Shown here one piece after another: positions 45,140 through 57,940 of a stretch of 64,000 nt of DNA. Location of the stretch: NCBI GenBank assembly GCA_951406725.2, contig OX597827.1, positions 32,054,001 to 32,118,000 on the forward strand, given 5' to 3'. The notes beneath the pieces were generated by a model. It saw only the letters and a list, made by a program, of their open reading frames with translations. It was not told the origin of the DNA and did no database searches. How positions within the stretch are numbered: the first letter of the stretch is position 1; each line of letters opens with the position of its first letter. The stretch comes from Octopus vulgaris (Eukaryota). The translations under genes were made by a program, and so were the position numbers.

Positions 45140-45691
45140 TCCTGATGCAGTACCAGACAGTGGCTCTCATTGCTCCTGATCTTAACTGACTGGAAATGTT
45201 ATCATGTACATTGTTTTGTCTTGGCATAAAAGATGGGCTACAGCAAATATTCCGCTCAATACCACAGATTTGCTTGTCAGTTGTTTGACCTTAACCAGTT
45301 GACCATGTCCCTTAGTGGCTGACGATATATGCATCTCTGATCACGAGCAGAAGTAGTGGGGGAGCATCATAGCCATGCGTTAGGAGGGATTCTTTGGGGT
45401 TTGAAAAATTCACCTCTGGAAAAAAGTGTTTCGTTCAACATCCTTAAACAACCCTTATTCAGGGACCTTTTGAGCGGGATGGGCTACTCGACCAGAAGAA
45501 AATTCTAACTGGGCCCCACCTGCAAGGTCATGTGCTGTATATCTTGATATGAGATCACCACGTCGCGCACATATGGTTGGGATGCATGTGCCTGATGCAC
45601 CCTTATCAGACGGGTTGTCATGATGGGTATACTGGGCTTCGTATATTTTACCCCAGTGTCACTTTGACGGCATGCACTGCTCTCTCACTCA
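45138..45691 (+). mobile_element. Longer copy of the TAA-associated non-coding retroposon
   Basis: Its 3' 360 bp match 42555-42920. It is flanked by (TAA)n and a compound TCC/CAT/AAT tail. Confidence 0.7.
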
Positions 45692-45745
45692 ATCATTATC
45701 ATCCTCCTCCTCCTCCTCCTCCTCCTCATCATCATCATCATCATC

Positions 45746-45810
<65 letters not shown>

Positions 45811-46258
45811 AATAGATAAAATACAATAATAAAATTCATTGTCAACATCTGCAGTGTTCGAATAAAGGTAAAGTGTCGCAGCAAATACCGTCACACGATT
45901 TTACAATGTTCAAACGATTCAGACGGTTCACTATTCTAAACAGAAGAAAATAAAATAAATAAAATAATTGATTCTGATTTAGGCACAAGACCACCTCATG
46001 AATAAAGGAACGTTTTTCTTTGTATTAAACAATTGTCTCTGCCGTCATCTAAATTAAGTCACACATAATTAATTTCTGGTGAAGAAGTCTCTATGGATAA
46101 GTTGCCAACTGAGATTTTCATTTGTTTATGTCATTACTTCGGACAAACGTATACATATGCGTGTGTGTGTGTGTGTGTGTGTATGTGAGAGAGAGAGATG
46201 AGTGTTTGTATGTATTTGTTGGAGTGTGTGTGCGAACGCGCTTTGTGTGTATACACAC

Positions 46259-46310
<52 letters not shown>

Positions 46311-48411
46311 TATATAAAATCCGAATGGAGTAACAACCAGATCCCATTCAGGAGGACCATTCTATAACCACCCCTCTCTCTCTCGTTTACATGTAATCCT
46401 TACATACATGTTGCAATGCGTGGTGCTAAAACACTTATGTGCAATTATATATAACCGTATGAGCGTACGTTGTTTGATACGTATGTGTGTGTGTAGTGCT
46501 ATAAAAAAATGCACATGCATGCACATATGAGTATGTATGGATGTATGTATGCATTGTATATGTATGCGTTTATGCATGTATAAAATAAAAAAAAAAAGAG
46601 CAGATATAATACATGTTCAATTTTTAACCGTTGCCCTTGTATACTGTGTCGTATTTTGTATGTATGTGTGTGTGTGTGCGTATGTATGTTTATGCGTGTG
46701 TGTGCGCGCGTGTGCGCGCGCGCGTGTGTGTGTGTATGTGTGTAATAGAACATAAGTATGTAGAAGTGGATAAGCATATATGTGTATATAATTTAAGATT
46801 ATAAGTATATTTATGAGTGTGTCTATATGATTGTGTGTACTTGTGTATATGTGCACAGTTGCACCTAAACGTTGTATCCATTCACAGTTAGACGATAATG
46901 AGAGGAACAAACACACGCCCACACATATATATGTGTGTGCGTCTATACAAACATATATGTGTGTATATATACAACCTTCAACAAAGTAAGTCATGTACAC
47001 AACTTTCACGGACACATACCAGTACACGGACATACGTTCACATGCACATACACATGTACACACACACACAGACGCGTCTGCCCATTCTCCTAGATACTCA
47101 CATACATACGTAGCACTTAAGTACAAACATACATACATGCGTATGGGCATACCCACGTACATAGGCATGTACATGTACGCACACACATACATACGCACAT
47201 GCGTACGCACGTGCATACACACATACATACATACATACATACACACATACATACGTATATATATATATAACCTGAACTAACTAGATGTAAGGGAGAAAAG
47301 AATAAAAAAGATAAGTAATAGTAAAACAAAAGTTTTGTGATATAGAGATAAATGTCTGATAATAGGTTTTAGAGTTTTGTCTTGGGGGTGAGGGTCGTAA
47401 ATCACTTCCTAGTTTCGGCGGGGGAGGTTGAAATTTGATATTGTTGTGATGAGTGGTCAGTCTACATCTATCCATCACTACAGGTTTATAGCTTTAAGTT
47501 TATAGTGTGTGTGTGCGTGCATATACATACATACATACACACAGGCGTACGTACATACACACATACATGCATGCATACATACATGCGTGTATACATACAT
47601 ACACACATATATACGTGCATATATATAACGAACTAACTGTTACTTTCTCAGATGCAGCACGGATTTTTGTCAGTGAATAGGTCGCGGTCTTATAGCGACG
47701 AAAATATTTTGACATATTAAACCTAAATGTTGAAGTAAATCGAACGGCTTTTGTGTGTTTCTTAAATGGCTTACAAACACCTTCCACGCTGCAATTGTTT
47801 TATATATATATATATACATATACAAAAAACACATATATAAATATGTATGTACACACACACACATTCACACATTCACACACACACACTCACACTCATATAC
47901 ATATATACCTGCATACACACACACATAACTCTATGCGTATACGTAAAATTACGAATGAGAGTTACGCATCTCTCATGATTTTACAGTGTAAATGGATTAT
48001 ATAAGTTCCTCTATGTCATTGATTATCATTCTTTTTAATGAAATGTGTGTTAATTGATGTATGTAAATAATTCATAAACTTTTCTCTTTTGGTATGTTTT
48101 TCTACACATACACACACACACGCACGTACACACATACATACATACATACACACACATACATACATGCATACATGCATACATGCATACATGTATACACACA
48201 CGTGTGTGTGTTGTATCGCAGTACACCATTTGTGCAACCTTACTGTTCAAACATGGTGTTTGTTGTGCATCGTGGCTTGTGTATGAGCGGTCTCTTTTTG
48301 CAAGTCATAATAACTTTGTTACAATTTGTATATCAATTGCTCTCTATATGATAAGATGCAAATTCGAAGTAAAATAAAAAAGAAAAGGACAATGACACGC
48401 ATAGCCATTCA

Positions 48412-48608
48412 AGGAAAAATGGTTGCAAAAACCCGAATGTAAGCATTCGCTCCCACGAGGTTAAAATGGTAAAGAAACTCCGTACAGTGAATGCTGCAAT
48501 GTTACTCTTTACTCTTTACTCTTTTACTCTTTTACTCTTTGAGAAATACAAATAAATCCGTGTTGATGCATCGCAAAAATATTTTGTGAAATATAAGAAA
48601 TGCTTTGA
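48412..48608 (+). repeat. Local direct duplication (second copy at 51433-51598)
   Basis: Both copies share AAGCATTCGCTCCCACGAGGTTAAAATGGTAAAG and AAATAAATCCGTGTTGATGCATCGCAAAAATATT. Copy 1 has an extra (TACTCTT)n insert. Confidence 0.85.
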
Positions 48609-48885
48609 TGTGGCTAAATCTAGGGTTGATGTTTCTCAAGTTATGGCGGAAGAAGAGGTCAAGGGAGAATGAACACAGTTAAAAGGGAACAGCTTATTGC
48701 TGGGGACTTTGTAGAAATGTTCCCTTTGAAAATGTCCGTCATCATCTTACGAGATGTGAGAGGGCACCATCGAAATGAGAAATTATTAATAAAAAAGAGA
48801 AAAACCTTTGTGTTATTCAGGATAGAATATGTTCTTGTGGGAATAAGTAGCGATAACGGATAAAACTCTGTGGAGTGGCAGTGTA

Positions 48886-49046
48886 GGCGAAGGAGTGGCT
48901 GTGTGCTAAGTAGCTTGCTTACCAAACACATGGTTCCGGGTTCAGTCCCACTGCGTGGCACCTTGGACAAGTGTCTTCTACTATAGCCTCGGCCGACCAA
49001 AGCCTTATGAGTGGATTTGGTAGACGGAAACTGCAAGAAGCCCGTC

Positions 49047-49091
<45 letters not shown>

Positions 49092-49092
49092 C

Positions 49093-49154
<62 letters not shown>

Positions 49155-49350
49155 TTGTCACCCCCAACATCGCTTGACAACCGATGCTGGTGTGTTTACG
49201 TCCCTGTCACTTAGCAGTTTGGCAAAAGAGACCGATAGAATAAGTACTAGGCTAACAAAGAAGTCCTGGGTTCTATTTGCTCGGCTAAAGGCGGTGCTCC
49301 AGCATGGCCACAGTCAAATGACTGAAACAAATAAAAGAAAAAAAAGAAAA
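48886..49350 (+). mobile_element. Family-B SINE, full length
   Basis: Head, (TA)n(TG)n tract and tail. Confidence 0.85.
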
Positions 49351-49570
49351 AGAACCAGAAAAAATTTCCATCATAATTAATGAAAGTACAGACATTTCAG
49401 TTACTGAAATTTTGGTTGACGGTTGTGAGTGACACCGATATGACTAAACATCATGGCGGTTGATCATCCTGAGCAGAGTTTCTCAATCGGGGTCCAATAT
49501 AGCTCATGGTGGTCCATGTAAGATTTTGTCGCTAAAGTTTATGTGCCAATGAATTGGTTATACTTGCAGA

Positions 49571-49960
49571 GGCGCAGGAGTGGCTGTGTGATAAGTAGCT
49601 TGCTTACCAACCACATGGTTTCCGGGTTCAGTCCCACTGCGTGGCACCTTGGGCAAATGTCTTCTACTATAGCCTCGGGCCGACCAAAGTATTGTGAGTG
49701 GATTTGGTAGACGGAAACTGAAAGAAGCCCGTCGTATATATACATATATGCTTGTGTGTGTGAGTTTGTCGCCCCCCAACATCGCTTGACAACCGATACT
49801 TGTGTGTTTACGTCCCCGTAACATAACGGTTCGGCAAAAGAGACCGATAGAATAAGTACTAGGCTTAAAAAGAATAAGTACTGGGGTCGATTTGCTCGAC
49901 TAAAGGCGGTGCTCCAGCATGGCCGCAGCCAAATGACTGAAACAAGCAGAAAAATAAAAT
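49571..49960 (+). mobile_element. Family-B SINE, full length with a short internal microsatellite (best reference copy)
   Basis: GGCGCAGGAGTGGCTGTGTG...GGCACCTTGGGCAAATGTCTTCTACTATAGCCTCGGG...GAAGCCCGTCG, then a short TA/TG tract, then the tail ...GGCGGTGCTCCAGCATGGCCGCAGCCAAATGACTGAAAC. Confidence 0.85.
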
Positions 49961-51067
49961 AATAATACGTAAGATATTTGAACAATTGTTTTTTCTTTCT
50001 AGAATTCGAAATTTTTAATTATAAAAATATAAAAAAAATTTTTTCATACATTGAATGGGTTCGAGGGTTCAGTAGAGTAAAATAAAATGCAAGCATGGTT
50101 GAAAACCACTGATTAGGAGCAATGTTTGGTTTTCAGCTCAAAAGCAATAAAGGTGAATTCTTTTTTCTACTGGAATGGGTCATTTTGTTTTGACTAAATG
50201 GAGTGAGCGAGGGAAAAACTGATGCATTTCGAAATGTAAACGGTAACCCTGTGACGGACTAGCCTTCCGATTAGAGGGAAGGTTGGCCGGCTTCCCCGGC
50301 CAGCGGGGTGGCATCATTGGAAAGAGAAAACAATGGAAAGTACACGGTGACCAATGATGTATGGCAACAGCCGATAGTCTGGTCGATCAAGTGATCACGT
50401 GATATGCCTATAGAAGAGGAATTCATTGAATGATGAATTCCTATGTAAGTGTTTCAGTTTGTCGTTCGTATTTAATAACGCCAGCAGAAGATAAAAATCC
50501 CTCGAGTTTCTTTATTTAAGATTAATTACAGAAGGACGTTATGTTATCACAAACTGACCACAACAATAAAAGTAATTACAAAAGCATTAATGATGATTAC
50601 CGTGAAGGAAAAGAGCAACGGCACATTTAATTAGTGGAATTTTAATGATGAGATCAATGTTAAAAGATTTAAAACAGGTTGTTGGACAATTAAGCACAAG
50701 CGTAGCTGTGTGGTAAGAAGCTTGCTGCCCGACCACATGGTTCTAAGTTCAGTCCCACTGTGTGACGCCTTGGCCAAGTGTCTTCTACAACTGCCTCGGC
50801 CCGACCAAAATTGTGAGTGGATTTGGTAGGCGGAAACTGAGGGAAATACGTTGTATATATATGTATATATAGTTCGTTACGCAATGTGAGTAGTGTCTGA
50901 TGATTGTGCTAGGACACCAGGCAAGTTAAAAAACATTATTTGGCATTCTCACGGCGCATGAAACTAGTAGTAGTATATAAATACATATATTGTGTTTATT
51001 AATAAATATATATCTCTCACAAGATGGACTACTTTTTTGTTTATCTTACCATCACGGAACAGTACGC

Positions 51068-51104
<37 letters not shown>

Positions 51105-51120
51105 CTGTGAGTATGTGTGT

Positions 51121-51156
<36 letters not shown>

Positions 51157-51738
51157 CTCCTACACATCACAACTTGACAACCGGTGTTGGTGTGTGTTCA
51201 CGCTCCCGTAGCTTACGGTTCGACAAAAGATACCCGATAAAATAAGTACTAAGCTTAAAAAATTTAAGTAGTAGAATCGATTCATTCGATTAAAATTTCT
51301 TTAAGGCGGTGCCCCAGCATGATCACAGTCTAATGACCGAAACAAGAAAAAGACTCCTCCTGGACCTTTGAATTCAAATAAGTAAAAAGGTCTTCTTTCG
51401 GTGAAGACAGAATCATTGTTTAATAAAAACTATTAGGAAAAATGGCTGCACAAACTCGAATGCAAGCATTCGCTCCCACGAGGTTAAAATGGTAAAGAAC
51501 TCCGAACAGTAAATGTTGCAATGTTACATTGAGAAATGCAAATAAATCCGTGTTGATGCATCGCAAAAATATTCTGTGAAATATAAGAAATGCTTTGTAA
51601 GTAGCTTGCTTACTAACCACATGGTTCCGGGTTCAGTCCCACTGTGTGGCACCTTGAGCAAGTGCCGTCTACTCTAGCCTCAGGCCGACCAAAGTCTTGT
51701 GAGTGGATTTGGTAGACGGAAACTGAAAGAAGCCCGTC

Positions 51739-51799
<61 letters not shown>

Positions 51800-51835
51800 C
51801 ATATATATATGTATACATACATATATATACATATA

Positions 51836-51894
<59 letters not shown>

Positions 51895-52246
51895 AAAATA
51901 CAAAATGGGACAAGAACGCAAAACATCCAGACAGTTAGGTGATATAAAAAAGGGACAACGAAACATCCAGATAGACGATACAAAGAAGACAAGGACAGGT
52001 CATTCGGAGTTTTCTTTCCTCAGTCGAGTTCCAGATTATCTTTGCAATTTGGGTTGGTTATACTCGAGATTCCTCAGGCGCAAGCATGGCTGTGTGGCAA
52101 GTAGCTTGCTTCCCAACCACATGGTCCTGTGTTCAGTCCCACTCAGTGGCACCTTGAGCAAGTGTCTTCTACTATAGCCTTGGACCGACCTTGTGTGTGG
52201 ATTTGGTAGACGGAAACCGAAAGATGCCCATCGTATATATATATAT

Positions 52247-55200
52247 TATGGCTGCCCCCTCGTTATCGAGTATGGCCATTGCTCGAAGCTTAACTGTTAC
52301 TGGTGCTGTGATCGAATGTGACTTTTTAGTCCAGCTAAAGATCTACAATGTCTTGTACAGAATTGGCAACTAAAGCCTTTACTGGTAATAGCCGGCTGTA
52401 GTTGTAACTGGGCTTCGTTTAAGTCCTCCTGCCGAATTACACTCTCTTCCACATGCCCGACAGATATGATTAGTATGGTGTGTTACACCACCACCAGTGG
52501 CCAGGTTGTCACTCATCTGTCTCGTTTTATGACTACGAATATGACTCTTGAGTCCAGCTTTACTGAAGCAGGGTCTTGCACAGACATTGCATGTCAGCAT
52601 CAAAGGAAGACCCTTCTCTTCTGGAAGTGTAACAGCGATGCCCTTCCTGACATCCCTCCTTACTTTCTCATGTGCAACTCGAGATTTCTCAAAAGTGACT
52701 GTCCTCTCATGCACAATCCTTCTCCACCTGCTACGATCCCATGTGTCAGGAGAGATACAAGCATCTCTTAAGGAAGCCTTCAGCAAGTCCTTATATTTCT
52801 TTTTTGGTTTATGTGGAGGTCGTTCTCCTTTAGCTAACTCTCCATAAAAGAGTTGTTTTGGCATCCTTGAATCCTTCATCCATCTGAGCCTTTGCTTTAA
52901 CACAAGAGCTTCTATACCTTCACACCGAGAGCCTTCCAATATTTCAAGATCACTGATGCGGTCCTTCCACTTAATGCCATAGATCCGTCTGAGACACATC
53001 TGATGGAAACGTTCCAGTTGTTTAAGGTGGTATTGATATGTGACCCACGTCTCGCAGGCATAGAGAAGAGAAGGGAGCACACATGTCTTGTACACCTTTA
53101 TCTTTGTCTTTCTTCATATGTCTCGCCAACTCCAGAGGCGCTTTTCTAGCCTTCCGAAAGCAACACTTGCTTTCCTAATTCTATATGGAATTTCATCATC
53201 CAAATTGCTATATCTATTAATAGTGCTTCCCAGGTAGACAAACTGATCGACTACATCAAGTCGTTTACCATACACATAGATATTTGGTACACTATACTGC
53301 TTACAGGGGGCAGGTTGATGCATGACAACAGTTTTCTTGAGATTGACTGTCAATCCTAAGGCAGTGCAAGCATCAGAGAATGCATTCAAAATGTGTTGCA
53401 TATCAATCTCTGCGTGTGCTACTAGCTCACAATCATCTGCATACAAAAGGTCTCTAATGATAGAGGTAAATATCTTTGTTTTTGCAGCAAGGCTCCTGAT
53501 ATTAAATATGCTGCCAGAGGTTCGATAATGGACGTAAACACCGTATCTGCAGTTTCTGAATGCAATACAGAACACCATCGCAAAATATATGGAAAATAGG
53601 GTCGGTGCCAGAATATCCCCTTGTTTCACTCCATTTTGTATTGAAATGGGCTCCGACATTTTCCCTCTAACATTCACCCTACCATTCATGTCTTCATGAA
53701 AAGACCCAACCAAAGCAAGGAACTTTTCAGGACACCCAAGTTTCTGGAGGACTTTCCACAATGCTTTTCTATTGACGGTATCAAAGGCTTTTGTTAGATC
53801 GACAAAAACCTGATACAAATCCAGACCCTGTTCTACACACGTCTCCTGAAGCTGTCTAGCTGAAAAGATCATATCAGCAGTGCCACGTCCCACACGAAAG
53901 CCAGATTGACTTTCTGGAAGAACACAATCCAGAAGTATCCTGCATAAAACCTTTCCTACGGCAGACAGCAAAGATACTCCACTATAATTACCACAATCAT
54001 TCCTGTTGTCCTTTCCCTTATACAGGACCACCATTACTGCATCTCTCCAGTCCTCAAGTACAGATTCACTTGTCCATATCTTACCAAACAAAGAGTGAAG
54101 TTTCTGCAGAAGTTTCTCACCACCATGCTGTAACAACTCCGCATGTATGCCATCCATACCCAGAGACTTCCCATTATTCAACCTTGAGACAGCCATTGCA
54201 ACTTCTTCCAACTTTGGTGGTTCTGCGAGTGCTGCCTTCACAGGCAATCCAGGGATGAGATTGAGAACATCCTCACTAACTACAGACTACTGATTGAAAA
54301 GTTCATCAAAGTGTTCTTGCCACCTTCGCAGAATTCCTTGTGAATCACGAAGAAGTTCTTTACCATCCCTGCTTCGGAGTGGTGTCATCAGGGAAGACGT
54401 CGGTCCATAAACTTCTCGCAAGAGACCATACAACGGCTTTGTGTTATTGGAATCTGATGCCGCCTGTATCTCATCAGCCTTCTTACTCCACCACGTATCC
54501 CTCATCTCTGAGAGCCTTTGCCTCACACGTGATTTTACGTCCTTGAGTTCCCTATGCAATACTTCCCTTTCCTGTGGCTTTGCTGACAAATAGCGTGACG
54601 AAGTACATCTTTTATCAGCCAATAAATCATCTATATGTTCATCGTTTTCTTTAAATCAATCTTGATGCTTTCTTTGTATTAATCCCAGAACTTTCTTGCC
54701 TATATCATAAACTGACTTTTTAAGGGTCGGCCAATCCTCCCCAATATCTGCAGCATTCATTTCCTCTCGTAAAGTTCTCTTCACACTATTATACCTAAGA
54801 CGATCAACAGTAAGTCTTTTAGGCAGGGTAGTCCCTGCAGCTCGGATTTTATGTTTTGTGACTAATTTCACTTTTGCGCGTACTAGGCGATGGTCAGTCC
54901 AACACTCAGCTCCACGAAGAACAGGAACACACTGCACATCCTGTCTGTCACGCACCCTAACTTGGATGTAATCCAGAATATGCCATTCTTTAGATGCAGG
55001 GTGCATCCATGTAGTCTTAAACTTATGCTTTTGTTGAAACATGGTATTGGTAACACACAGACGCAGCTCCTCACACATCTGCAGCAAAAGCATGCCATTA
55101 CTATTACACTTCCCCACTCCATGCTTTCCAATTACAGTCCATGTGTTAAAATCCCCACCCACTCTAGCATTAAAGTCACCCAGTACGATGACTTTGTCTG

Positions 55201-56402
55201 CCCGAAGGATATTTCTTATAATGCCCTTCAAAGCATGGTAGAAAGAAAGTTCTTCGTCATCAGTATAGCACATAGTTGGAGCATACACACTCATCAAGGT
55301 CATATAATTTCCTTTAGCCAAAGGAATTCTCATGGACATAAGACGCTCGTTAATTCCGATTGGGAATCCTTCCAACTTGTCCACAAGAGTAGTCTTAACA
55401 GCAAATGCCACTCCAGCTTCTCCTCTAAACTCTTCATTCCTCCCTTTCCAAAAGAATGTATATTTTCCACAAGATTCTGTAAGATGACTATCTCCAGGTA
55501 ATCTCGTCTCAGATAAAGGAACGATGTCAAGATCATAGCGTTGAAGCTCCTTCGCAACAAGCGCAGTCCCTCTTTCAGGACATTCAGAGGACTTGCGGTC
55601 ACGCAGTGTCCGTACATTCCAACAGCCAATATTCAATATTTTCTTTGGTTCTATCACAGTAGCATGATGATGGCCGGGTTCAGACTGTGATGCTCTGGAG
55701 CCCCTGTCGGGCCAGACTCTTTCAGCTGATGTGGTTCCAGAGTCCTTACTGCCATTTATTTTTATACTGTTTTGATACATCATTGATTTTTTGCTTTTTA
55801 AGGCTACAGCCAGCCATTTAGTTGAGACTCACAGTGCCATCAACAATCAGGAATTAGTTAATCAATTTAATCAATCAATCACTGTTGTTATCGTGCAATG
55901 CCTGTGCAAGAAGTTTTTTTTTTAAAGTGAGGAAAGGCTGTGCACTGAGTCAATCCCACTCACTAAGCAACAGCAGCCATACTCCGAAAAGAAGAACAAG
56001 TCAACATCATCGGTAACCACTGAGCCGCAGGTTTTATTTCGGAGTTATCCCAGTTACCTGAGTTACCTTCTCCTAGAAGGATGCCCTAACAAAGGCTAGG
56101 AGTCCTTCACTCCCAATGGTTTAACTGCGCGATCGGGTAGTCAGTCCGATTATTTCTATGTCCCCCCGCATGATACAGCCTTAAGCCTTACGAAAAAAAA
56201 AAATACACATTTATTGGATGGCCGTTGACTCTCAAGAGTTCCTCCGCCCTTTGACGGATTTTGTTTTTCATCCCGCAGGGTGTCCAATAAACACCCTCCT
56301 CACCAAGCAAGCTTGGTGGGGTTGCCGGTTTAGTCGCCGACGACCCGACCATGCAACAGGTTGTACTGGGTTACATGTTACCAGTAGCCCTCGAAAGTGA
56401 CT

Positions 56403-56405
<3 letters not shown>
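52247..56405 (-). mobile_element. Near full-length RTE (BovB-like) LINE; its single ORF is broken by frameshifts
   Basis: APE domain 55783-54656 (GCWNVRTL, LSETRL, SVYAPT, LGDFNARVG, LDYI, TDHRLV). RT 54247-53114 (LPESQSGFR, FVDLTKAFDTV, GVKQGDILAP, LLYADD, FVYLGS). C-terminus 53095-52379 has a C2H2 finger (CNVC...LKSHIRSH) and a partial second one. The 5' UTR is about 600 bp, and (TA)n flanks both sides. Confidence 0.95.
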
Positions 56406-56445
<40 letters not shown>

Positions 56446-56449
<4 letters not shown>

Positions 56450-56812
56450 TAATTGTTATCGCCATATTAATATGGCAGTCTTATAGATATAAGACTAAAA
56501 GCTGTCGCTGATTAGCTCCATGAGGCCATCGCCTTAAGATAGCTATTTGACACACAAACAGAGACGATCAGTGGCTACACCTGCTGGGTCGACTATGCTA
56601 CATTGACAAAGGGCAAATACCCTGAAACGCGTCTGTAGCTGTCTGACTGGCAGTGTGAAGCGGCTGACCTCCCTTGTTCGAAGGTTATAATGGACACAGT
56701 TTGTGTGTCAAATAGCTATCTTAAGGTGATGGCCTCATGGAGCTAATCAGCGACAGCTTTTAGTCTTATATCTATAAGACTGCCATATTAATATGGCGAT
56801 AACAATTAATTT
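56446..56812. repeat. Inverted repeat (114-bp arms, 139-bp spacer) enclosing a hammerhead motif
   Basis: Arms 56446-56559 and 56699-56812 differ at one position. Each arm contains the palindrome GCCATATTAATATGGC and the hairpin AGTCTTATA-NN-TATAAGACT. Confidence 0.9.
56597..56639 (+). ncRNA. Minimal type I hammerhead ribozyme-like motif with compensatory U3:A8 core
   Basis: GCTACA TTGACAA AGGG CAAATA CCCT GAAA CGCG T C TGTAGC: perfect stem I (6 bp) and stem II (4 bp), a palindromic ACGCGT stem III and a GUC triplet. Confidence 0.75.
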
Positions 56813-56865
56813 CCAGTAACGCTGCCGTAATCTCTTTTAGAGAGACTTATTCTTTTTTATATTTC

Positions 56866-56918
<53 letters not shown>

Positions 56919-56940
56919 CATACATACGCACACACGCACA

Positions 56941-57018
<78 letters not shown>

Positions 57019-57543
57019 CGCGCGCGTGTGCGTGTGTGCGCGTGCGTGTGTATGTTAGTGTTTTGTGTTTGTCCCTCACTATCGCTTGATGACCGATGTT
57101 CGGCAAAAGAGCCCAATAGGATAAGTACTAGACATACAAAGAATAAGTCCTGGAGTCGCTTTGCTCTACTAAAGGCGATGCTCCAGCATGGCCGCAGTCA
57201 GATGACTGAAACAAATAAAAGATAAAAGAAAAAATAGAATATTGTCTACGTCTAACGTTCCACTGGCCTCTCTATGTGTATCGCTCCAGATAATGACCTG
57301 ACTGGAAATGATGGTTTTAGTGTGTCTCTTAGTGGATCGTTTTATTCAAATAAGCGAACACAGAATTATTACTGAATTAAAACTATTAGACCCAAAGCTA
57401 GAATATCGGGCGTCCGCAACCACCGGACCACGTAACATTTTGTACCAAATCTCAAGCAAAGAATAAATGTTTATACTTTACTTTTATCTTATTGACAATC
57501 GCAGTCTGTAGGATGTTGTTTTTGCATTATATGTACACAACAA

Positions 57544-57940
57544 GATGGTGAGCTGGCAGAAACGTTAGCACGCCGGGCGAAATGCTTAGCGGAATTACGT
57601 GTGTCTTTATGTTCTGAATTCAAATTCCGCCGAGGTCGACTTTGCCTTTCATCCTTTCGGGGTCGATTAAATAAGTACCAGTTACGCACTGGGGTTGATA
57701 TAATCGACTTAATCCGTTTGTCTGTCCTTGTTTGTCCCCTCTGTGTTTAGCCCCTTGTGGGTAGTAAAGAAATAGGTATTCGTCTGCCGCTCCGTTCTGA
57801 GTTCAAATTCTATCGAGGTCAACTTTACCTTTCATCCTTTCTGGATCGAAAATTAAGAACCAGTTACGTACTGGGGTCGATCTGATCGACTGGTTCCCTC
57901 CCCCAAAATTTCGGACCTTGTGCCTAGCGTAGAAAAGATT
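57544..57940 (+). mobile_element. Family-A SINE, dimeric form (core duplicated)
   Basis: A monomer like 26308-26537 is followed by a second GGTATTTCGTCTGCCG...GAGTTCAAATT core and the tail GGACCTTGTGCCTAGCGTAGAAAAG. Confidence 0.85.

Noticed and set aside
42555-45691. Direct repeats flanking an RT region, resembling an LTR retrotransposon
   Set aside because: The RT is a non-LTR RLE type. The repeats have different 5' ends, show no paired TG...CA ends, PBS or PPT that I could confirm, and are separated from the LINE by (TAA)n.
50891-50938. TAGTGT CTGATGA...ACATTA hammerhead-like start
   Set aside because: Stem I is possible, but the GAAA and NUH elements are missing. It is too degenerate to call.
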